Shown: piece by piece, positions 10,079 to 17,989 of the stretch
How the letters are laid out: each line of letters opens with the position of its first letter
How positions within the stretch are numbered: position 1 is the first letter of the stretch
From: Rhodobacter sp.
GTDB taxonomy: Bacteria; Pseudomonadota; Alphaproteobacteria; Rhodobacterales; Rhodobacteraceae
Reading direction: 5' to 3'
Assembly (NCBI GenBank): GCA_020250175.1
Contig: JADCEN010000001.1
Location: 10,996 to 74,995, forward strand
DNA: 64,000 nt
Translations under genes and position numbers: made by a program
The notes under the pieces: generated by a model
The model's database searches: none
What the model saw: the letters and a program-made list of their open reading frames with translations, nothing else
Told to the model about the DNA's origin: nothing

Positions 10079-10417
10079 GACCCGCATCCCCTCGTATGGC
10101 GACAGCTTTGCAGATGCAGCATGACCAGTTGTCATGTCGTTCGAGTATCAGGAGCTTGACGCTTGAATGAACGCCCGCCTTTGCTGCAGCCGGGCGCACG
10201 GTCTGCAGCAACCGATCCGATGAACGCCCGACCGGCAACGGATTGCATCAGTTGCGGCATGACGTGCAGCGCAAAGAGGGTGCCCGACAGGCGCTTTGGC
10301 AAGACCGCAAGTTGCGGTGAAAGCAAGCCGAGAAAGGATGCCGCCGCATCACGTCACGGAACCGATACGCGCAGTGCATGCCTGAAACTGTTTGGATCTT
10401 TGGGTTGGGAGTTCAGA

Positions 10418-10795
10418 ATGATTCGCGCCTTGTCAAAGATCGTGCCGGTCGCCGCTCTGCTCATGTCGGTTGCCGGAGCCAATGCTCTGCAACTTACCGT
10501 ATGCACCGCCCTCTATTCAGACCTTTTGCCGGTCTGCCAGGCAAGCTTCGAGGCCGCGAACGCAGGGAAACCAAGGCCCCGAAGACCGACCATCCCATCG
10601 ACATGCTTTCGGCAGTCCCCGGTGCATCAACTGCCCGGACAGGTCCGGGATCAGGGTGCGCACCAGAAGCTACACCACGTTCTGGCACACGATCTCAGGG
10701 CAGGCGCACGGATGGTCTGCCTATGCCCTTCCGCGCGTCGTATGGGGGACGTGGCTTCGCACCCCGGATCACCTCGAAGCCAGTTGGACGGTTGA
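10418..10795 (+). pseudogene. Remnant of a periplasmic ABC solute-binding protein (signal peptide plus the first ~50 aa recognisable)
   Basis: MIRALSKIVPVAALLMSVAGANALQLTVCTALYSDLLPVCQASFEAANAG resembles iron/thiamine-type SBP N-termini (LTVYTAL..L..Y...FE.AN). The sequence then degenerates, and further fragments appear in other frames. Confidence 0.35.
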
Positions 10796-10960
10796 CAGAT
10801 GCACAGCGACGATCCTGGCCCGGGGCAACGCCAGGGCAGCAGGTGTATCGGCTGGCGACGCGCGGCAAATGAGCAGGTTCCGTCCCTTGCAATACTGATA
10901 TACTGCCTTGGGGGCCGTCTTTGGGCGGCAGGCGTTGCAAGCGGTTGGAGGAGCGTGGCC

Positions 10961-12187
10961 ATGCGGCAGACCTGGCGTTGGTTCGGACCGAAGGATATGG
11001 CATCGACGGACGACATGATGCAGGCGGGTGTCGAGGGCGTGGTCTCTGCGCTGCACCACGTGCCAACCGGCGCGGTCTGGACGCCTGAAGAAATCGCTGC
11101 CCGGCAATATCTGGTCGCGCGGATGAAGGACGGAACGCCTTCAACCCTGAAATGGGAAGTGGTGGAGAGCCTGCCGGTGTCCGAGGACATCAAGAAACAG
11201 AAGGGCGATTGGCGCGCGCATATTGAAAACTGGAAGACCAGCATGACCAACCTGCACCGTGCGGGCCTGGATGTGATCTGCTACAATTTCATGCCGGTCC
11301 TGGACTGGACGCGCACCGACCTGGCCTGGCGGCTGCCGAACGGGGCAACCTGCATGCGGTTCGACTTTATCGACTTTGCCGCATTCGACCTTTTCATCCT
11401 GGAACGGCCCGGCGCCGTCGAGGAGTATCCCGGGCCCGTTGCCGAAGCTGCGGCGCGGCGATTTGCCGACATGGATGATGACACACGAAAGGCGATCACG
11501 GCCAATGTCGCCTTTGGGCTGCCCGGTGCTGCATCAACCATGACGCTGGCCGACATCCGCGCGCATCTGGCCGGGTATGGGTTGATTTCGGCCGAGACGC
11601 TGCGCAGACATCTGGTGGATTTTCTGGCTGAAGTGACGCCGCTCGCGCAAGAGCTGGGTATGCGGATTTGCTGCCATCCCGACGACCCGCCGTTTTCCTT
11701 GCTTGGCCTGCCCCGCATCATGTCAACCGAAGCTGATTACCGCGCAGTGCTGGATGCGGTGGATCTGTCGGCAAACGGGGTGACGTTCTGCACCGGATCC
11801 TTCGGTGCCCGGGCCGACAACGACTGCCCCGCGATGATGAGAAGGCTGGGTCCGCGGGTGCATTTCATCCACCTTCGCAATGTCCGCCGCGAGGGTACCG
11901 CCCTGCGCGACAGTTTCCACGAGGCGGAGCATCTTGGCGGCGACACCGACATGGTGGCGGTGATCGCAGCCATCCTGGCCGAGGAACGGCGACGCCGGAC
12001 CGAAGGCCGGCAGGATTCCAGCATTCCGTTCCGCCCTGATCACGGGCAGGACATTCTGGATGATCTGGGGCGCAAAGGACAGCCGGGCTATCCCACCATC
12101 GGGCGGCTGAAGGGGCTGGCCGAACTGCGCGGAATCATGACCGCGCTGGATCATCCGCTGGTGACAGGTGCCAACGCCTCCGCCTGA
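10961..12187 (+). CDS. uxuA: Mannonate dehydratase
   Basis: Starts MRQTWRWFGPKD, the UxuA signature N-terminus. 408 aa, with GGAGGAG Shine-Dalgarno sequence upstream of the ATG at 10961. Confidence 0.9.
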   Translation: MRQTWRWFGPKDMASTDDMMQAGVEGVVSALHHVPTGAVWTPEEIAARQYLVARMKDGTPSTLKWEVVESLPVSEDIKKQKGDWRAHIENWKTSMTNLHRAGLDVICYNFMPVLDWTRTDLAWRLPNGATCMRFDFIDFAAFDLFILERPGAVEEYPGPVAEAAARRFADMDDDTRKAITANVAFGLPGAASTMTLADIRAHLAGYGLISAETLRRHLVDFLAEVTPLAQELGMRICCHPDDPPFSLLGLPRIMSTEADYRAVLDAVDLSANGVTFCTGSFGARADNDCPAMMRRLGPRVHFIHLRNVRREGTALRDSFHEAEHLGGDTDMVAVIAAILAEERRRRTEGRQDSSIPFRPDHGQDILDDLGRKGQPGYPTIGRLKGLAELRGIMTALDHPLVTGANASA

Positions 12188-12429
12188 ATTGCAGGGGCAG
12201 GGGCAGGGTCGGCCATTGCGGTCTCATCGTCTGCCCGGGATGCAGAACCGGCAGAAACTGAAGCCCTGATCGCTGCCGGTGCCTGAAGTGCAGAACGGCA
12301 CCCGCCAGGGCTTTCTGCCGTTCCGGATTTCCCTGTGGCGGGAAAGCCGGGAAGTTTGATCCTTTCGGGCCGCCGGCCGGGGTCTGGCGGTTGCAGACCA
12401 TCCCCGTTCCAGGGGACCCTCTTGGGATT

Positions 12430-13227
12430 TCACACCTCACGGCCGTTCACATAGGTATCCAGCACCGATCCGGCATCGGTGGAAAAGTAGTCGCGGCGCT
12501 CGACGATATGGCGGCGGATCATGGTGAAGACCCGGTCGATATGCACTTTCATGGCCTCGGCGGCCTGATCGGGGTCGCGCAGCTTCAACCCGTCGACGAC
12601 TGCGATATGCTCGCGCAGCACCACGTCAAGGTGACTGGGCAAGGGAATGGACAAACGCCGCACCCGGTCCAGCTGGGCCTTGGCGCCGTTGATGATCTTC
12701 CAGATATACGCCGATGCACCAAAGGCGCAGATCATCGAATGAAAGGCCTCGTCCAGCGCGTAGAAGCCGTCATAGTCCTGATCGGCTGCCATGCGCTTTT
12801 GCTGGTGTATGTTGAAGTCGATCGCCCGTTCAAAGTGGGGGGTCATGCGGCTGGCGGCCAGACGGACGACCTTCAGTTCCAGCGCGTCACGCACCAACTG
12901 GCCGTCAAACACCGACTGCAGATCGATCTTCGAGACATAGGTCCCGGAATTGGGCACGACCGACACCAGGTTTTCTGCCTGCAATTGCAGGATCGCTTCG
13001 CGCAGGGGTGTGCGGGAGATGCCAAGCTGCTTGCAGATCAGCTTTTCGTTGACGTTGCTGCCCGGTGCCAGATGCAGGTTCACAATGGCATCGCGCATGA
13101 TCCCGTAGACCTGTGCCGTCTTCGGAAGGGCGGGGTCGATCTTGCTGATCAGTTCAGAAGGCAGACCCGGTATGCCGGCGTCGGACCTGTCCCCGACCTG
13201 CGGGTCTTGCTTCCTGGGTCGAGCCAT
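12430..13227 (-). CDS. GntR-family (FadR/FCD-type) transcriptional regulator
   Basis: Winged HTH ...EKLICKQLGISRTPLREAILQLQAENLV... followed by an all-helical FCD-like C-terminal domain. ATG at 13227 with GAGGAAGG Shine-Dalgarno sequence. Confidence 0.85.
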   Translation of the reverse strand: MARPRKQDPQVGDRSDAGIPGLPSELISKIDPALPKTAQVYGIMRDAIVNLHLAPGSNVNEKLICKQLGISRTPLREAILQLQAENLVSVVPNSGTYVSKIDLQSVFDGQLVRDALELKVVRLAASRMTPHFERAIDFNIHQQKRMAADQDYDGFYALDEAFHSMICAFGASAYIWKIINGAKAQLDRVRRLSIPLPSHLDVVLREHIAVVDGLKLRDPDQAAEAMKVHIDRVFTMIRRHIVERRDYFSTDAGSVLDTYVNGREV

Positions 13228-13354
13228 CTTTCCTTCCTCGGGATCGCCGTCCTGATAGCCTTGGGTGGCCCCCTTGGCAATCGTCGGGCTGGTCGCCCTT
13301 TGAGTCCGCTGCTTGACGGCCCAGGTGCCCGGCATTCGTTGACAGGCATTGAAT

Positions 13355-13368
13355 ACCAATATATTGGT
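13355..13368. promoter_or_regulatory. Perfect 14-bp palindrome ACCAATATATTGGT, a candidate GntR operator overlapping a TTGACA / TATATT promoter-like pair
   Basis: Lies in the divergent spacer between the GntR gene and the SDR gene. TTGACA is at 13339-13344. Related copies are at 16820-16833 and 10891-10906. Confidence 0.4.
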
Positions 13369-13513
13369 TGAAGATCAAGTTCGTGATCGCGGAACTGTCA
13401 AGGTCTGAGCGGTCTGCCAGGCCAGGATCTGCGGTTCCGTCTCGCGGGTGATCCGACCGGGTCGGTCCAGAACCGGGGGTATGGACAGGAACGTTGAGGG
13501 GTGGGACCAGAAG

Positions 13514-14245
13514 ATGACACTCACCGGCAGGGCCGCCCTGACAACGGGTGCTGCGGGTGCTGTCGGCAGGGCAAAGGCGCGCCTGCCGTCACAGGCTGGG
13601 GCGCGGCTGGTGCTGGCCGACATGGTCAGGGGTCCGACAGAAGACCTGTCACGCGAAGGTGGCGGTCTGGCGGTTCAGGCAGATTTGTCCGACCCGACCG
13701 CAGTGCCATGTATGGCGGCAAGCGTGCCGGGTCAGGTGGGGCGCATCGACATCTTGGTCAAGAATGCAGGCGTCCTGAACACCGCCAAGATCGCGGCCAC
13801 CACACCGGAGGAATGGCACCGGGTCCAAAGCATCAACATCGATCCCGCGTTCCTTCCGTCGCAGGCCTTCCTGCCCGGTATGCGCGCTGCGCACTGGGGG
13901 CGCGTGATCAACCTGTCGTCCTATGCGGCAAAGTCCGGCGGGCTGACCGCAGGCACTGCATACGCGGTCTCGAAGGCGGCGATGATCGGGCTGACCATTT
14001 CTATCGCGCGCGAAGTGGCGGGCAAAGGGGTGACGGCAAATGCGATTGCGCCCGCCTGTATGATGTCGCCGATGGTTTCCGAACAGCTCACTGCTGCGCA
14101 GCGGCAGACGCAGCTGGCGGCAATCCCGGTGGGCCGCTACTGTGAACCCGAAGAAGTCGCACATGCGGTGACGTTCCTGGCGTTCCCCCCTTGCAGGCTT
14201 CATCACCGGCGAGGTGATCGAGATGAACGGAGGACTGCATTTTGA
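13514..14245 (+). pseudogene. SDR oxidoreductase whose last ~18 codons are frame-shifted
   Basis: Contains NAG and SxnYxxxK motifs. After the C6 run (14185-14190) the annotated frame reads PPCRLHHRRGDRDERRTAF. The +1 frame reads the conserved SDR tail PLAGFITGEVIEMNGGLHF. Confidence 0.6.
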
Positions 14246-14571
14246 CCAAGTATGGAATGGTCATCCGCCTGAAACCAGACTGCGTCGCGCAGTACAGGCG
14301 CCTGCATGCCGACGTGTGGCCAGGCGTTCTGGACGCGATGCGCCGCAATGGCTGGCGCAATTTCGACATCTTCCTGAAGGAACCCGAAAACCTTCTGTTC
14401 GGCACGTTCGAATATCACGGCAACGATTTCGCGGCAGCAGCCCAGGCAATCGGCACCGACCCCGAGACACAGCGCTGGCTGCGTGAAACCGATCCCTGTC
14501 AGGAACCCTTCGCCACGCGCAGGCCCGGTGAATGGTGGGCCTACATGGACAACATCTTTCACATGGACTGA
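14242..14571 (+). CDS. L-rhamnose mutarotase family protein
   Basis: MTKYGMVIRLKPDCVAQYRRLHADVWPGVLDAMRRNGWRNFDIFLKEPENLLFGTFEYHG...EWWAYMDNIFHMD, about 110 aa. TTG start at 14242. Confidence 0.85.
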   Translation: MTKYGMVIRLKPDCVAQYRRLHADVWPGVLDAMRRNGWRNFDIFLKEPENLLFGTFEYHGNDFAAAAQAIGTDPETQRWLRETDPCQEPFATRRPGEWWAYMDNIFHMD

Positions 14572-14574
14572 CTG

Positions 14575-15117
14575 ATGTTTCCCGCCATCGGCGCATCTCA
14601 CCCTTTCCGGGACCCGAACGCCGGAGACTGTCCTTGCATGGTCGAGCCGTCCGCACCGATCCGCAGGCCTTTTGCGCCTGAAGACCTGGCCCCCCTGCTG
14701 CGCCCGGCGGCCGCGCTGAAAACCGCAAGGGCCTTGACCGACCTGCGCTTTATGATCGACCACATCGCCAAGCCGGAGATCGCGAAATCCGCGTTCGACG
14801 TGTGGGCCAAACGGATGCGGCCGTCCGGTGCGCAGCCCAACCTCTGGCGCAAACTTTCGGGGATGGGGACGAAGGCGGACCGGGCCATCTGGACCGAGGG
14901 CGACAACACCCCCTGTATCGCCAGGGTCTTGCGCATCTTCGGACAGCGCCGCTGTCTGATGGGCCCCGACCGGTCGGTCTGCCTGCTTGCCGCCGATTGC
15001 CAAAGAACCGTCATGCCGGTGCGCAAGGCCAGCGCGCGTCTGCCCAAACCCGATCATCGCGCCTTTCTGAGGGATGTCGCAGCCAGGCTTTGTCGGCTGG
15101 CCAGGGGACGGTTATGA
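14575..15117 (+). pseudogene. Decayed amidohydrolase-2 (L-fucono/rhamnono-lactonase type) with an internal deletion and lost metal ligands
   Basis: 180 aa, against about 280-290 aa for the family. The N-terminus AIGASHPFRDP...RRPFAPEDLAPLL matches IDAHQHFW...RDFLPEDLAPLL with HxH lost. It jumps directly to RFMIDHIAKP...KLSGMGTKADRAIWT...GPDRSVCLLA, where the family has GSDWPVCLL. Confidence 0.6.
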
Positions 15118-16580
15118 CAAGGCTTTCCCGGCCCACCCTCGACCAGCTTCCAAAGGCTGTCGCCCGGCCGCGCTATGACCGGGCAGCCCTGCGCACCGGC
15201 ATCCTGCACCTTGGCCTTGGCGCGTTTTGCCGTGCGCATCAGGCGGCCCTGACGGAAGACTGCCTGAATGCCGGAGCGACGGAATGGGGAATGGCGGCGG
15301 CTTCGCTGCGGTCGTCGGACACGCGCGATGCGCTGGCACCGCAAGATGGGCTTTACACCCTGGCCTTGCGCGAGAATGAAAACCAGTCGATCCAGGTGAT
15401 CGGAGCAATCGGGCCGATGTTCGTGGCACCGCAGAACCCCGGCGCCCTGCTTGCGGGAATGTCCGATCCGGATGTGCGGATCGTTTCGCTGACGGTAACC
15501 GAAAAGGGCTATACCGCCGATGTCGCGACGGGCGACCTGCGGCTGGACAACCGCGATGTGCAGCACGACCTGGCGCATCCCGAGGCACCGCGCACGGCGC
15601 TGGGGTTCGTTCTGCGGGCGCTGGCGCTGCGGCGTGCAGCAGGAACACCGCCCTTCACGGTTCTGTCCTGCGACAACCTGCCGGGCAACGGGCACTTTCT
15701 GCGGCGTGCGCTGGTGCAGTTCGCCGAAGCCGCCGATCCGGCCCTTGGCCGCTTCATTGCAGATGACGTGGCCTGCCCGTCCTGCATGGTTGACCGCATC
15801 GTCCCCGCCACGACCGGGGCCGACCGGGCCATGGTGGCACACCGTCTGGGGATGCAGGACGCCTGGCCTGTACTGGCCGAACCCTTCTTTCAATGGGTGA
15901 TCGAAGACCGCTTCCCCAGCGGCCGCCCGGAATGGGAACGCTCGGGTGCCGAGTTCGTTGCCGACGTGGCCCCGCATGAAGCAATGAAGCTGCGCCTGCT
16001 GAACGGTGCGCATTCGACGATTGCCGCCATGGGCCGGGTGGCAGGGCTGGCCACCGTGGCCAAGGCGGTGGCCGATCCGGCAATCCGCGCCACGATCCGC
16101 GCCTGTTGGGCCGAGCTTGCACCAACCATCGCACCGGGCATCGACGTTGCAGGATATACGGCGCGGCTTCTGGCCCGGTTCGACAACGCTGCGCTGAACC
16201 ACAGATGTGCCCAGATCGCCACGGATGCCAGCCTGAAGCTGCCGCAAAGGATCGTCGCCCCGCTGCGCGAGCTGCACTCCAAAGGCCGGGCAACACCGAT
16301 GCTGACCTTTTCGCTGGCTGCATGGATCCGGTCCTGTCAGGGACAGGACGAAACAGGCGCAGCGATGCCGCTGTGCGATCCGCAACTGGAGACGTGGACC
16401 GGGCGGCCCGGACCCGGCGTTCCGGTGGATCAGACTGTCCGCGCCTTCGCCGGGTTCGCTCCGGTCTTCGGGCCGGGGCTGGAGCCGGACCTGGCAGCCT
16501 CCGTCCGGGAAGCTCTGGCAGATATGCGGACCTTCGGGATTCTGTCTGCCGCAAGACGCCGCCTTTCCGGCGCGTCCTGA
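15114..16580 (+). CDS. uxuB: Mannitol-dehydrogenase-family oxidoreductase (fructuronate/D-mannonate oxidoreductase-like)
   Basis: 488 aa. GILHLGLGAFCRAHQA...VSLTVTEKGY...SCDNLPGNG...MVDRIVP...KLRLLNGAHS. Lies near uxuA. The ATG at 15114 overlaps the preceding stop. Confidence 0.8.
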   Translation: MTRLSRPTLDQLPKAVARPRYDRAALRTGILHLGLGAFCRAHQAALTEDCLNAGATEWGMAAASLRSSDTRDALAPQDGLYTLALRENENQSIQVIGAIGPMFVAPQNPGALLAGMSDPDVRIVSLTVTEKGYTADVATGDLRLDNRDVQHDLAHPEAPRTALGFVLRALALRRAAGTPPFTVLSCDNLPGNGHFLRRALVQFAEAADPALGRFIADDVACPSCMVDRIVPATTGADRAMVAHRLGMQDAWPVLAEPFFQWVIEDRFPSGRPEWERSGAEFVADVAPHEAMKLRLLNGAHSTIAAMGRVAGLATVAKAVADPAIRATIRACWAELAPTIAPGIDVAGYTARLLARFDNAALNHRCAQIATDASLKLPQRIVAPLRELHSKGRATPMLTFSLAAWIRSCQGQDETGAAMPLCDPQLETWTGRPGPGVPVDQTVRAFAGFAPVFGPGLEPDLAASVREALADMRTFGILSAARRRLSGAS

Positions 16581-16819
16581 TCCGACCCCAGTCAAGGGAT
16601 CGTTCCTTGACCCGCCGTGTTGGCGACACCGGCCTGTGGTTGACCGGGCCCAGCTTTCGCGGCGGCGGGCCTGGCACACCCCTGAAGCCTGACGCGCAAT
16701 GCGCCGTCTTCTGCGCAACGTGCCAAACCGCAACGGCCGCGTTTCAACGCGATTGCCAAAGGTTAAGGGACTCCGCTGTTTTCCGAAGCGCGGGAAAGAA
16801 AACGGTTGCAAGCCAAGAA

Positions 16820-16833
16820 TCCAATATATTAGT
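16820..16833. promoter_or_regulatory. TCCAATATATTAGT, a near copy (12/14) of the 13355 palindrome, upstream of the ABC operon
   Basis: Sits in an AT-rich patch 45 nt upstream of the SBP start codon. Confidence 0.3.
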
Positions 16834-16877
16834 ATTATTAATGCGCCAAGAACACTTTTTCCTCGGGAGGGAACCCA

Positions 16878-17903
16878 ATGAAGATGATATCGAAGGCAGC
16901 CGCCGCGCTGCTGCTGGGCACTTTTGTCTGCGTCCCGGCTCTGGCCGATGAAGGCACGATGGTCGCTCTCGTTCCGGGTGGCCCACATCCCTACTTTGCC
17001 GCCTGGGAACAGGCAGGTGCCGATGCGAAAAAGGAGTTCGGGCTTGGCGCGGCCGACTACCGGGTTCCCGCCAAGTGGGAACTGAACCTGCAAAGCCAGC
17101 TTCTGGAAAGCCTGCTGACCCAGGGCTACAATTCCTTCCTGATCTTCCCCGGTGATGCGGTCGGCACCACTTCGGTCGCGCAGGAGCTGGTGGACAATGG
17201 CGCGCAGGTCATCGCCACCGCCGGCTGCCTGAAGGATCCTTCGCCGGCCCTTTTCTGTCTTGGTACAGACACCGGCAATTCGGCCTATCTCGGTGCGAAA
17301 GAGCTGATCCGCGCCATGGGCGGCAAGGGCAAGATCGCCCATTTCACCGGTTTCCTTGTTGACCCGAACACCCAGCTGCGAATCGACGCGGTGCAGAAAG
17401 CGGCGGACGAGACGAATGGTGCCGTCGAAGTGGTGCAGGTCATCGCCGACATCGACGCCCCGCAACCGGCTGAAGAAAAGATCAACGCCTACCTTGCCGC
17501 CAATGCGGCCGGCGTGGACGGCATCATCACCACCGCCTGGGTGCCCGCCGTGGTTGCCGCAAATTCGCTGCGCAAGATCGGCGACAAGCGGATCAAGATG
17601 GTGGGCATCGACCATGACGAGGTCGTGATCAAGGCCATCGCCGACGGCTTTGTCGATGGCACCATGCTGCAGAACCCTTACGGCCAGGGCTTTATCGGGT
17701 CTTATGTGTTGAACAGGCTTCGCACAGGCTGCACGCTGAAGGAAGACGGTCCCTGGAAGTCGAACGCGCTGACGGTCAGGTTCGTCGACAGTGGCACCGT
17801 CTTTGTCGATCAGGCCACCGCGCCCACCTATGTGAACGCCATGGTTGGCATCACCGCCGACCTTCTGGCAGGCTTTGAGAAAGACTTTCTGACCTGCTCG
17901 TAA
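16878..17903 (+). CDS. Periplasmic sugar-binding protein (PBP1/ribose-type, CUT2 ABC system)
   Basis: Signal peptide MKMISKAAAALLLGTFVCVPALA followed by a PBP1-like body. GGGAGGG Shine-Dalgarno sequence. Confidence 0.85.
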   Translation: MKMISKAAAALLLGTFVCVPALADEGTMVALVPGGPHPYFAAWEQAGADAKKEFGLGAADYRVPAKWELNLQSQLLESLLTQGYNSFLIFPGDAVGTTSVAQELVDNGAQVIATAGCLKDPSPALFCLGTDTGNSAYLGAKELIRAMGGKGKIAHFTGFLVDPNTQLRIDAVQKAADETNGAVEVVQVIADIDAPQPAEEKINAYLAANAAGVDGIITTAWVPAVVAANSLRKIGDKRIKMVGIDHDEVVIKAIADGFVDGTMLQNPYGQGFIGSYVLNRLRTGCTLKEDGPWKSNALTVRFVDSGTVFVDQATAPTYVNAMVGITADLLAGFEKDFLTCS

Positions 17904-17928
17904 GGCGACCCCCTGCCTTGCAAGCCTG

Positions 17929-17970
17929 GCGGCGGCCGCCTGCCCAAGGTTGGCCGCCGCATCCTTTTTT
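17929..17970 (+). terminator. Rho-independent terminator/attenuator after the SBP gene
   Basis: GCGGCGGCC (17929-17937) pairs with GGCCGCCGC (17952-17960), followed by a T6 run at 17965-17970. Confidence 0.6.
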
Positions 17971-17989
17971 CCGATCAGGAACCGCATCG

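Noticed and set aside
10152-10176. Possible Pho box upstream of fabI (minus strand GCGTTCATTCAAGCGTCAAGC), prompted by PhoB control of pta-ackA in Sinorhizobium.
   Set aside because: The half-sites (GTTCAT / GTCAAG) are poor matches to the local pstS repeats, and only one pair is present. The evidence is not convincing without a PWM score.
10270-10417. GGGTGCCCG...CCGAGAAAGG...GGAACCGAT fragments upstream of the SBP remnant, vaguely like a TPP riboswitch.
   Set aside because: The CTGAGA, ACCC and CCTGATCYGGnTAATnCCnGCG cores are missing. At best this is a decayed relic and cannot be supported by eye.
12293-12323. 8-bp hairpin GAACGGCA...TGCCGTTC between the convergent uxuA and gntR genes as a bidirectional terminator.
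   Set aside because: The loop is large (15 nt) and the U-tract is weak. It is plausible but not strong enough to annotate.
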